64,000 bases of DNA from Myxococcota bacterium (GCA_044344255.1 JBIJDH010000019.1:1-64000), one strand, 5' to 3'. Shown: positions 1-8,008, numbered from the stretch's first letter. Program-made: numbers and translations. The notes: generated from the sequence alone by a model not told the origin.

Positions 1-1106
1 GTTTTATGCTGCGGGTCTACGAGGTTCCTCCCTTCTCGAGCACCAGGGGTGTCGGGTCGTCCTTTCGTTCGACCTTCCTGGCCTTCGCTCCTCCTTCAGA
101 GACATCGGTTCGTTCGGCTCACTCCTCGCGGAGCTCACCCAAGAACCACTCTCGAATCCTACGGTCCGTCCCTGCCCTGTCGTGTGTCTTCCTCCCCCGT
201 CGGTGAGGGTGACGCTCAACAGCGCTCTTTCGGACTGCCTCTCTTGGGGTTTTCCAAAGATCCCCTCCATCGACTCCCTGATCTGCGTCCCTCCGGGCTC
301 GTGACTCCTCGCGAAGTCCGACCGCCTGGGTGAATGGGATACCAGCCCATCCACGCGATCCGCTCTTGCCGTTTCTCACGGCTTCAGCGGCTTCATCCGC
401 ATCTCAGTCGCAGGTTTGTTGCGCCCTGCTGCCGATCCTGGGGTTCAGCTCGTTCGGGGGGTTTACGCTTCCGCGCTCGCCTCCACCCGAGCTGTCTACC
501 CTTCGAAGCTTTCCTCCTCGCTCTCCAGCCGTACCGCGTCACCGCGGCCCTCTTGCCCTCTCGCCGTTCGTGTCCATCCCGCCTCTCAGCATCGATGTCC
601 ACGCGACCTCAGGGCCTTGCTCCGGAGAGGAGTCGAGACCACCCGGTGGATGTTGCCATCCCCCGCGAGTCCCTTGCTCCCTTGGGTTTCTCTCTTCGCG
701 CTGGCTCTCTCCCCCGCGCTCCTCTCAGATCGCCGCTCGCGCGGCGCCCTCCGCGGTCCTGGGCATCGCTGCCCGCTCCCGCCCCGACCGGATCGACCTT
801 CACCCTGTGGGGGTGGGGCCGATGAGGGGGTCCTGATCGTCCTGCTGGGTTCTTCAGTCGGCTCGATTCACTCCGACGACTCGGGGTGGTTCGCTCCGCC
901 TGCCGGCTCCGTGTCCTCCCCCGCTTCGAAGCTCAACTGGTTGCGCCAGAGCTGTGCTTCGGGTTGGAGAGAGGGCCGTCACCGGTCCTGCTCGAAGATT
1001 CGGTTCACGTCAAAGTTCTTGTCTGTCGGCCTCGCGGCTCTCAGACCCGCAGAGCATTTCCTCTCTGCGGTGCCTCTCGGTGTGCCACCGGTCATCCCGG
1101 CGCCGC
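1..1106 (-). ncRNA. Putative large structured ncRNA, copy 1 (3' end beyond the window start)
   Basis: Downstream of the sigma-54 promoter at 1117-1133. Many GNRA-capped stems on the minus strand. No credible ORF is conserved between copies. Start site is inferred from -12 spacing. Confidence 0.7.
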
Positions 1107-1116
1107 AGACACTCTA

Positions 1117-1133
1117 TGCAGGAAGCGTGCCAA
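1117..1133 (-). promoter_or_regulatory. Sigma-54 (RpoN) -24/-12 promoter
   Basis: Minus strand TTGGCACGCTTCCTGCA matches TGGCACG-N4-TTGC with correct GG/GC spacing. Identical in copy 2. Confidence 0.8.
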
Positions 1134-1173
1134 GCCCATGCCCACGCGCCGACGCCGAGGATGGCCAAGGGGA

Positions 1174-1211
1174 CCGGGGATCGGGGTTACCCCTTCCCAC
1201 AATGTGGGAAG
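1174..1211. promoter_or_regulatory. Palindromic upstream site, candidate enhancer-binding-protein UAS
   Basis: CTTCCCACA-A-TGTGGGAAG (1193-1211) plus adjacent GGGGTTACCCC. Conserved in copy 2 while the intervening spacer has diverged. Confidence 0.65.
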
Positions 1212-1215
1212 CGGA

Positions 1216-2193
1216 CTACTCAATCCGGCCGCCTGCTCGGTGCACCAGCACCGCGTCCTCGAGGGCGAGGCCGATCCGGAGCGCGCGCTGGCGGGCCTCC
1301 GCGCGCTCGCGCTCGTCCGGAGAGACGCGGGCCACCATCAACAGGCCCATGGCGCGGAGCCGGACGTGGCCCCCATCGCCGGCGGTCCGCACCGCCTCTT
1401 GAGCGAAGTGGAGCGCCTCCGAGGCCAGGCCTCGCCGGTGAAGCGAGTAAGCGAGGCCGTTGGCCCGGCGAGAGGCGGCGAAAGGGTGGGTGTCGGCGCG
1501 GGCGGGGAGGCCCCGGAAGAGGCGCTCCGCTCCGTCCAGATCTCCGGCGCGGAAGGCGGTCCAAGCGAGCTGACCGACATAGCGGGCGCGGAGGCAGTCG
1601 GCGTCGTCTCCCTCCAGCTGGGCGAGACAGTCCGGCACCCGGGCGAGGGAGGGAGGGGCCACGCCCGGCGCCGCCTGGCTCTCGAGGAGGGCGAGGCCGA
1701 GCGCCCCCTCGACGCGGGCGCGCAGGTCAGGGCTGTCGGCGCTGCGGGCGCGCTCCAGCGAGCGACGGGCGGACTCCGGGTCGCGGCGGCGCAGGGCGAG
1801 GTGGGCGCCGGCCAGGGCCAGCCAGACCCGCCCCGCCCGGCTCTCTCGCTGCGGGGGCCGGTCCCAGAGGGCGACGAGGTCGGCGGCGAGCGGGACCGGC
1901 AGGTCTTCGAAGCGGGAGTGGTAGCTGCCCATGAAGCGCAGCCGCTCGGTGATCTCCGCGGGGAGCCCAAAGGTCCGCAGCAGGCGCTCTCCCCAGACGC
2001 CGCCGGGGCTCGGGCCGCGGCCGCGGAGGCGGCGGAGGCCCCGCTCGGCGCTGGTGACGTCCTGGTCGACCCCACCCTCCACGAGGCGCTGGGCCAGGGT
2101 CGCGAGGCTGCCGTGCTCGGCCACCAGGGCGTCGAGCAGGGTGCCCCAGTCCGGCTGTCCGGAATTCTGTCCGTGCGGGTCCGCGGGGCTCAT
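1216..2193 (-). CDS. Hypothetical helical-repeat (TPR-like) protein with possible N-terminal HTH-like segment
   Basis: Open frame with GC-rich codon usage, ATG at 2193, Ala/Leu/Arg-rich TPR-like helices. No family recognised. Confidence 0.6.
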   Translation of the reverse strand: MSPADPHGQNSGQPDWGTLLDALVAEHGSLATLAQRLVEGGVDQDVTSAERGLRRLRGRGPSPGGVWGERLLRTFGLPAEITERLRFMGSYHSRFEDLPVPLAADLVALWDRPPQRESRAGRVWLALAGAHLALRRRDPESARRSLERARSADSPDLRARVEGALGLALLESQAAPGVAPPSLARVPDCLAQLEGDDADCLRARYVGQLAWTAFRAGDLDGAERLFRGLPARADTHPFAASRRANGLAYSLHRRGLASEALHFAQEAVRTAGDGGHVRLRAMGLLMVARVSPDERERAEARQRALRIGLALEDAVLVHRAGGRIE

Positions 2194-2276
2194 CGATAGG
2201 TCCACCGTGCGCAGGGAGCCTCCACCGTAGCTTGGGGGCCCCAACCGCGTCAGCACCCCACCCGACGGAGCCCCCC

Positions 2277-3302
2277 ATGACCGCCCACGCCCCCCGCACC
2301 ATCCTCATCGGTGACATCCACGGCTGCTACGCCGAGCTCGAGGCCCTCCTCACCGCCGTCGAGCTCCAGCCCGAGGACCACCTCGTGAGCGTCGGCGACC
2401 TTGTCGACCGCGGCCCCGAGCCCACCGCCGTGGTCCGCCTGTTCCAGACCCGCCCGAACAGCACCGCGCTCATGGGAAACCACGAGCGCAAGCATGTCCG
2501 CGGGGTCCTGTCCTACAGCCAGCAGATCACCCGCCTGCAGATGGGGGAGGCCTACGCCGACGCCGTCGCCTGGATGGCCACGCTGCCCTACCACTACGAA
2601 GATGAGCAGGTGCGCGTGGTCCACTGGGGCCTCTACCCGGGGGTCCCGCTCGCGGAGGTGCCCGAGGAGGTGCGCTCCGGGACGACCTCGGGCGAGGGCC
2701 GCCTGCGCGAGCGTTACGGCGACCGCCCCTGGCACGAGGCCTACACCGACGACAAGCCCGTCGTCTTCGGCCACGCCGTCATGGGCGCGCAGCCACTGGT
2801 GCGGGACGGGAAGGTCTACGGCCTCGACACCGGCGCCTGCCATGGCCTCCGCCTCACCGCGCTGGTGCTGCCCGAGGGGCGGATCGTCTCGGTCCCCGCG
2901 CGGGAGGACCACTGGGCGCGCGCGCGGCGGGCCTGGGAGGAGCCCGTGCTCCGCCAGCAGCGCTGGGGTGCGATGACCTGGGAGCAGCTCCAGAAGCGGA
3001 TCGCCAAGGCCCGGGACCCGGAGCACAGCGGCGACTACCTCGACCGCGTCGCGCGTTGGGCGACGGCGCTGCGCGGACAGATCCCAGAGCTCGCCGCCCA
3101 GCTCGACGCCGAGAACGCCCGGCTGATCGAGGCCGTGGGCGAGGAGGGTTACGGGCGGGCCGCCGCAGAGCACGCGGCGGGGAGCCACCTCATCCGCCTG
3201 CGGGCTGGACGGATCGGTCGAGAGAACCTCGGCTGTGCCGGACCGGCCGAGCTCGTGGCCCTGGCCGCGAAGCTCGGGAGCGCCCTGCCGACCGAGCCCT
3301 GA
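2277..3302 (+). CDS. Calcineurin-like metallophosphoesterase (ApaH/PrpE-like) with C-terminal extension
   Basis: Motifs GDIHG, GDLVDRG, GNHE, VFGH and LDTGACHG. Confidence 0.9.
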   Translation: MTAHAPRTILIGDIHGCYAELEALLTAVELQPEDHLVSVGDLVDRGPEPTAVVRLFQTRPNSTALMGNHERKHVRGVLSYSQQITRLQMGEAYADAVAWMATLPYHYEDEQVRVVHWGLYPGVPLAEVPEEVRSGTTSGEGRLRERYGDRPWHEAYTDDKPVVFGHAVMGAQPLVRDGKVYGLDTGACHGLRLTALVLPEGRIVSVPAREDHWARARRAWEEPVLRQQRWGAMTWEQLQKRIAKARDPEHSGDYLDRVARWATALRGQIPELAAQLDAENARLIEAVGEEGYGRAAAEHAAGSHLIRLRAGRIGRENLGCAGPAELVALAAKLGSALPTEP

Positions 3303-3321
3303 GCTGCCGACCGAGCCCTGA
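3285..3321. repeat. 18-bp direct duplication spanning the phosphoesterase stop codon
   Basis: CTGCCGACCGAGCCCTGA at 3285-3302 and 3304-3321. Confidence 0.85.
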
Positions 3322-3329
3322 CCCAACAG

Positions 3330-3358
3330 AAAAAACCCTCCAACTTACGTTGGAGGGT
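3330..3358 (-). terminator. Intrinsic terminator ending ncRNA copy 2
   Basis: Minus strand ACCCTCCAAC-GTAA-GTTGGAGGGT, a perfect 10-bp stem, followed by TTTTT. Confidence 0.9.
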
Positions 3359-4703
3359 CTCTTGGCGTCGGGTGGCGGTGGGTTCCCCTGCAGAGGTGTG
3401 CGCGGGGACTCGGGGAGACGGCGGGCGCGGCTCAGGTTGCCCTGCGCGTTGTCGCTTGTCTTGCCTCTCGTGGGGTCAGCGGGGTCTTCAAGGTCCTGGG
3501 TTCACTCAGCCTGCGTTGCGGCGCAGCCTGGGTCTTCCCACTCGTTCCGGGTCGCTGGTCGTTGGTCTTTCCAGCCGTCCTCCTTGACCTTGCAGGGTTT
3601 TACGCTGCGGGTCTACGAGGTTCCTCCCTTCTCGAGCACCAGGGGTGTCGGGTCGTCCTTTCGTTCGACCTTCCTGGCCTTCGCTCCTCCTTCAGAGACA
3701 TCGGTTCGTTCGGCTTACTCCTCGCGGAGCTCACCCAAGAACCACTCTCGAATCCTACGGTCCGTCCCTGCCCTGTCGTGTGTCTACCTCCCCCGTCGGT
3801 GAGGGTGACGCTCAACAGCGCTCTTTCGGACTGCCTCTCTTGGGGTTTTCCAAAGATCCCCTCCATCGACTCCCTGATCTGCGTCCCTCCGGGCTCGTGA
3901 CTCCTTCCGAAGTCCGACCGCCTGGGTGAATGGGATACCAGCCCATCCACGCGATCCGCTCTTGCCGTTTCTCACGGCTTCAGCGGCTTCATCCGCATCT
4001 CAGTCGCAGGTTTGTTGCGCCCTGCTGCCGATCCTGGGGTTCAGCTCGTTCGGGGGGTTTACGCTTCCGCGCTCGCCTCCACCCGAGCTGTCTACCCTTC
4101 GAAGCGTTCCTCCTCGCTCTCCAGCCGTACCGCGTCACCGCGGCCCTCTTGCCCTCTCGCCGTTCGTGTCCATCCCGCCTCTCAGCATCGATGACCACGC
4201 GACCTCAGGGCCTTGCTCCAGAGAGGAGTCGCGACCACCCGGTGGATGTTGCCATCCCCCGCGAGTCCCTTGCTCCCTTGGGTTTCGACCTTCTTGCTGG
4301 CTCTCTCCCCTGCGCTCCTCTCAGATCGCCGCTCGCGCGGCGCCCTCCGCGGTCCTGGGCATCGCTGCCCGCTCCCGCCCCGACCGGATCGACCTTCACC
4401 CTGGGGGGGTGGGGCCGATGAGGGGGTCCTGATCGTCCTGCTGGGGTTCTTCAGGTGGTTCGTGTCACTCCGACGACTCGGGGTGGTTCGCTCCGCCTGC
4501 CGGCTCCGTGTCCTCCCCCGCTTCGAAGCTCAACTGGTTGCGCCAGAGCTGTGCTTCGGGTTGGAGAGAGGGCCGTCGCTGGTCCTGCTCGAAGATTCGG
4601 TTCACGTCAAAGTACATGTCTGTCGGCCTCGCGGCTCTCAGACCCGCAGAGCATTTCCTCTCCGCGGTGCCTCTCGGTGTGCCACCGGTCATCCCGGCGC
4701 CGC
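3330..4703 (-). ncRNA. Putative large structured ncRNA (~1.37 kb), copy 2, complete
   Basis: Bounded by the sigma-54 promoter (4714-4730) and the terminator (3330-3358). GNRA hairpins at 3433-3444, 3718-3729, 3899-3914, 4130-4143, 4244-4257, 4327-4342, 4357-4370 and 4626-4635. Structure-preserving changes relative to copy 1. Confidence 0.75.
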
Positions 4704-4713
4704 AGACACTCTA

Positions 4714-4730
4714 TGCAGGAAGCGTGCCAA
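4714..4730 (-). promoter_or_regulatory. Sigma-54 (RpoN) -24/-12 promoter
   Basis: Minus strand TTGGCACGCTTCCTGCA. Confidence 0.8.
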
Positions 4731-4770
4731 GCACCCGCCCACGAACGAAGGCCGAGGTTGGGCGAGCCGG

Positions 4771-4808
4771 CCGGGGATCGGGGTTGCCCCTTCCCACAAT
4801 GTGGGAAG
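4771..4808. promoter_or_regulatory. Palindromic upstream site, candidate bEBP UAS
   Basis: CTTCCCACAATGTGGGAAG at 4790-4808, same distance from the -24 box as in copy 1. Confidence 0.65.
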
Positions 4809-4855
4809 TCGTTTGCCCAGACCGCCCGCCCGAGGTCCTCACCGGTCTTCAGACA

Positions 4856-5578
4856 TCACAGGTCCGCAGACAGGGGCCAGCTCAGCAGCTCGCCCTGGGT
4901 GGCCGAGGCGGTGCCGTCCTCCCCCTCGCCCGAGGTGTCCGTAGCGAAGACATACACGTTGCCGTGGGTGGTGGCGTCCGCCCGCACGGTCGCCTCGATC
5001 CGCAGCGCGATGGTGTCCCAGTCGGCGGGGTCGAATTCGGGGTCCGACCAGGTGCCCCCGACCTCGGCGAGCGGGATCTCCGCGTTCACCGAGCCCTCCC
5101 CGGGGGCGTAGAGGATGAGCTCCCCGTCAAAGGCCTCGTTCAGCACCCCGTCCGCCGTGGCCAGCGTGAAGGCGCCGCTCAGCCGCAGGTAGTCGGGGCA
5201 CTCGTCCACCGAGCCGGAGGTGTCCTCGGCGATCGCCGGCTCCATGCCGCCGTCGCCGCCGTCGCCGGTGTTGACCTCCTGGTCCACGTAGACGACGCTC
5301 TCGCCGAGCGTGACCCCGATTTGGACGGTGGCGGCAGCGCCGTCGGCGACCCAGGCGCCCTCCGCGGTGTAGGCGGCGGACAGGCCCGCGGACAGGTCAG
5401 CCGCGCTCGCGGCGAGCGAGGGGACGACCTCGTCAAAGGCGACCGCAGACTCGACCTGGGTGCAGAGGGCCCAAGCGTTCTCGTCACCCGTGCCCTTGGA
5501 GCCGGTGTCGTCCTCCGAGCCGCTACAGGCCGCGAGCGGGACGAGGGAGAGGACGGCGAGAAGGGAGAGAGAGCGCAT
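4856..5578 (-). CDS. Hypothetical acidic lipoprotein
   Basis: RBS CAGGAGG, ATG at 5578, signal peptide with lipobox LAAC. Confidence 0.75.
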   Translation of the reverse strand: MRSLSLLAVLSLVPLAACSGSEDDTGSKGTGDENAWALCTQVESAVAFDEVVPSLAASAADLSAGLSAAYTAEGAWVADGAAATVQIGVTLGESVVYVDQEVNTGDGGDGGMEPAIAEDTSGSVDECPDYLRLSGAFTLATADGVLNEAFDGELILYAPGEGSVNAEIPLAEVGGTWSDPEFDPADWDTIALRIEATVRADATTHGNVYVFATDTSGEGEDGTASATQGELLSWPLSADL

Positions 5579-5604
5579 GGTGTTGACCTCCTGCTCTTCC
5601 CTTA

Positions 5605-5621
5605 AGCACCTATCGTGCCAG
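5605..5621 (-). promoter_or_regulatory. Sigma-54 promoter of the lipoprotein gene
   Basis: Minus strand CTGGCACGATAGGTGCT with GG/GC at -24/-12 spacing, just upstream of the RBS. Confidence 0.65.
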
Positions 5622-5793
5622 GTCTCCCAGAACCCGGCGGGAGCACGTTCGAGGTCATCTTTTGTCGCACCAGGCCGCCCAGGGGCGCGCGGGGCGGCGC
5701 GAGACCGCGACTCTCCCGCCAGGGTCGCCGCTCCCTGGACGCCCACGCGCGCGTGGCTATCTTGCCGCGCCTGCCCACCCCGCCGGAGAGTCC

Positions 5794-6396
5794 ATGAAGC
5801 TCTATTACGCGCCCAGCGCCTGCTCCCTGTCCCCGCACATCGTGCTGCACGAGAGCGGACTCCCCTTTGAGATCGAGCGCTCCAACCTTCGCAAGAAGGT
5901 CACGGCCTCTGGCGGAAACTTCCTCGACATCAACCCGAAGGGCATGGTGCCGGCCCTCGTGCTCGACAACGGCGAGATCCTCACCGAGGGGCCCGCCATC
6001 GTGCAGTACATCGCGGATCTCGTCCCCGAGCGCGGCCTCGCGCCCCCCAACGGCACCCTCGCCCGCGCCCGCCTCCACGAGTGGCTGAACTACATCTCCA
6101 CCGAGCTGCACAAGGGCTACAGCCCGCTGTTCGGACCCGTCAATGACGAGCACCTCGCCGCCGCCCGCAAGGCCCTCGAGGTCCGCTTCGCCTACGTCAA
6201 CCAGCGCCTCGAGGGGCAGCAGTGGCTCATGGGCGACACCTTCAGCGTGGCCGACGCCTATATGTTCACCGTCCTCTCCTGGGCCAAGTGGACGAAGATC
6301 GACTACAGCCCCTATCCGAACATCCAGCCCTATCTGGAGCGCGTCGCGGCGCGGCCCGCGGTGCAGGCCGCCCTCCAGGCCGAGGGCCTCTCCTGA
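5794..6396 (+). CDS. gstA: Glutathione S-transferase, beta class
   Basis: MKLYYAPSACSLSPHIVL, NPKGMVPAL, LTEGPAIVQYIAD, TELHKGYSPLF. Confidence 0.93.
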   Translation: MKLYYAPSACSLSPHIVLHESGLPFEIERSNLRKKVTASGGNFLDINPKGMVPALVLDNGEILTEGPAIVQYIADLVPERGLAPPNGTLARARLHEWLNYISTELHKGYSPLFGPVNDEHLAAARKALEVRFAYVNQRLEGQQWLMGDTFSVADAYMFTVLSWAKWTKIDYSPYPNIQPYLERVAARPAVQAALQAEGLS

Positions 6397-6399
6397 GCC

Positions 6400-6434
6400 G
6401 TCGCGGGGTCAGGTCGCGGGGTCAGGTCGCGGGG
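6400..6434. repeat. 13-bp tandem repeat (x2.7) between convergent genes
   Basis: GTCGCGGGGTCAG twice plus GTCGCGGGG. Confidence 0.8.
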
Positions 6435-6436
6435 GC

Positions 6437-8008
6437 TCAGGGCGTGAGCGACCAGGCCGAGGCGTCCTCTCCCCGGCGGTCGGGGGGCCCGAGCGCGGCC
6501 TCCACGCGGGCCACATAGGGCTCGCGCACGACCATGACCGCGACCCCGGGCGGCGCCTCGAAGGGGGAGGGCGGCGGCGCCGGCACCTCCGCCGCGAGGC
6601 CCGCCAGCCAGCGGCCGGAAGGGCTCCGCATCATCGCGGGCGGGAGCCCCGGCTGGTTGGGGGACAGGACCAGCGGCCGACCGTGGACCGGCTGATCGAA
6701 GAGCGGGCGCTGAAAGTTGATGCCCGGGCCGGCCGCGGGCAGGACGAGCAAGGGGCCCGCCGGGAGCGACCCCAGCGCGGAGAGCACGTCCAGCGGCGCC
6801 GCCTCGGCGACCGGCAGCGGGACCGGCAGCGGCCGCCCGAGCAGCAGGTCCAGGCCGATCAGCCCGATGAACAGGGCCTTCCCACGGCTGGGGAGGCGAG
6901 CGAAGCCTCGCGCGGCGAGCACCGAGAGGGCGACCCCGGCGAGAAGCAGCGCCCGCCCGTGGTGGTTGAGCAGGCCGGCGCCCGGGAGGGCGGAGAGCAG
7001 CACCACCGCGGGGTTGTCGAGGCCGAGCGGCGCCCCGCCGAAGGAGAGGCGGCGCCCCGGAGCGAGGAGCAGGGCGAGCAGGAGGGGCAGCCACCAGCGG
7101 CTCCGCCCGCCGACGAAGGCGAGGGCCAGCGCCGCCAGCCCGAGGTAGCCCGGGTGGGTGTGGAGCAGGGCGGGCCCGGGGTCGAGCGGCCCGGGGACGA
7201 AATAGCTGAGCAGATCGGCCCCCCGCCAGGGGTTCAATCGCCACAGGGGCTCCACCTGCTCGACGACGGAGCCCAGCCGGTGCCCCTCACCGCCGAGCCG
7301 GACCCCCTGGAGGGCGGCCACTGGGAGGGCTGAGGCGAGGGCCGCCGCCGCGGCGATCGCCAGGGGCCAGAGCCGGCGGCGCTCCTCGAAGACGCTGTGG
7401 AGGCCCATCAGGAGGCCGACCAGCGCCGTCCAGTACGCGAGCACGAGCCCGGTGGCCGCCAGCAAACCGAGGCCGAGGCCGCCCAGCACCACAGCGCCGG
7501 GCCGCCGGTCGCGCAGCAGCCCGAGCGCCACGGCGGCGAGGCCGACGGCGCCGTCCTCGGTCAACCCCGATGAGAGCGAGCCTGAAAAGGCAGGGAAGGA
7601 GCCCAACAGCAGGCCGCCCACCAGCGGCGAGCCCCCCTCGCGCCGGGCGAGCCAGGCGCCCCCCAGGAAGGCCCCGAAGACCGAAACCAGGATCCAGGCG
7701 TTGTACCCGACGATCCCTCCGAAGATCCGACCGAGGACCGCCGCGAACAGGGTGGGCAGGGGGTCAATGACCGCCCAGGGCCCCGCCTCGGTGAGCAGCC
7801 CCTCCGTCGTCGTGGGCCAGGCGGGGAGCGCGGCGGCGTGCCAGCCCTGCACCCAGGCGTGGCCATAGACCTCGGCGCCGGGGCTCCCGAGGAGGCCCGG
7901 CGACACCAGGAGGCCGCTGGCGGTGACGAGCACGAGCAGCGCCCCGCCGGCCACCGCGCGCCACGCCGACCCTCGGGAGGTGGGCTCAGTCCGGTCGGCC
8001 TCGGTCAC
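6437..8008 (-). CDS. Polytopic membrane protein, possible GT-C-like glycosyl/modification transferase
   Basis: Many hydrophobic segments. GGAGG RBS before GTG at 8008. Shares motifs (FDQPVHGRPL, GYLG) with 32184-33884. Confidence 0.65.
   Translation of the reverse strand: MTEADRTEPTSRGSAWRAVAGGALLVLVTASGLLVSPGLLGSPGAEVYGHAWVQGWHAAALPAWPTTTEGLLTEAGPWAVIDPLPTLFAAVLGRIFGGIVGYNAWILVSVFGAFLGGAWLARREGGSPLVGGLLLGSFPAFSGSLSSGLTEDGAVGLAAVALGLLRDRRPGAVVLGGLGLGLLAATGLVLAYWTALVGLLMGLHSVFEERRRLWPLAIAAAAALASALPVAALQGVRLGGEGHRLGSVVEQVEPLWRLNPWRGADLLSYFVPGPLDPGPALLHTHPGYLGLAALALAFVGGRSRWWLPLLLALLLAPGRRLSFGGAPLGLDNPAVVLLSALPGAGLLNHHGRALLLAGVALSVLAARGFARLPSRGKALFIGLIGLDLLLGRPLPVPLPVAEAAPLDVLSALGSLPAGPLLVLPAAGPGINFQRPLFDQPVHGRPLVLSPNQPGLPPAMMRSPSGRWLAGLAAEVPAPPPSPFEAPPGVAVMVVREPYVARVEAALGPPDRRGEDASAWSLTP

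Larger units (their letters stand above)
1..1211. repeat. Long direct repeat, copy 1 (left end lies outside the window); matches 3597-4808
   Basis: Base-by-base match to 3597-4808 (offset 3596, then 3597 after one indel near 850). About 27 differences counted by eye over the first ~1130 nt. Confidence 0.97.
3597..4808. repeat. Long direct repeat, copy 2 (portion alignable to copy 1 inside the window)
   Basis: Matches 1-1211. Homology ends exactly after the TGTGGGAAG palindrome arm. Confidence 0.97.

Noticed and set aside
4..1402. ORFs overlapping the long repeat (e.g. 416-1402, 330-836, 4-354 and their copy-2 equivalents)
   Set aside because: No recognisable motifs and atypical composition. 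The longest ORF is broken by a stop and an indel in copy 2, which fits non-coding sequence.
3330..4703. Repeat as rRNA, RNase P RNA, tmRNA or group I/II intron
   Set aside because: No universal 16S/23S signatures. It has RNase P-like fragments (GAGGAAA, GGAGCAAGGCC) but not the conserved P4 3' strand, and it is far too long. No tRNA-like CCA end or tag ORF. No GUGYG start or domain V near the 3' end, and it has its own promoter and terminator. An Rfam search is still needed.
1..4808. Repeats as IS elements forming a composite transposon
   Set aside because: No transposase ORF or terminal inverted repeats. Homology ends at a regulatory palindrome.
1..4808. Duplication as an assembly artefact
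   Set aside because: The copies differ at many scattered positions and have a diverged promoter spacer with conserved motifs.
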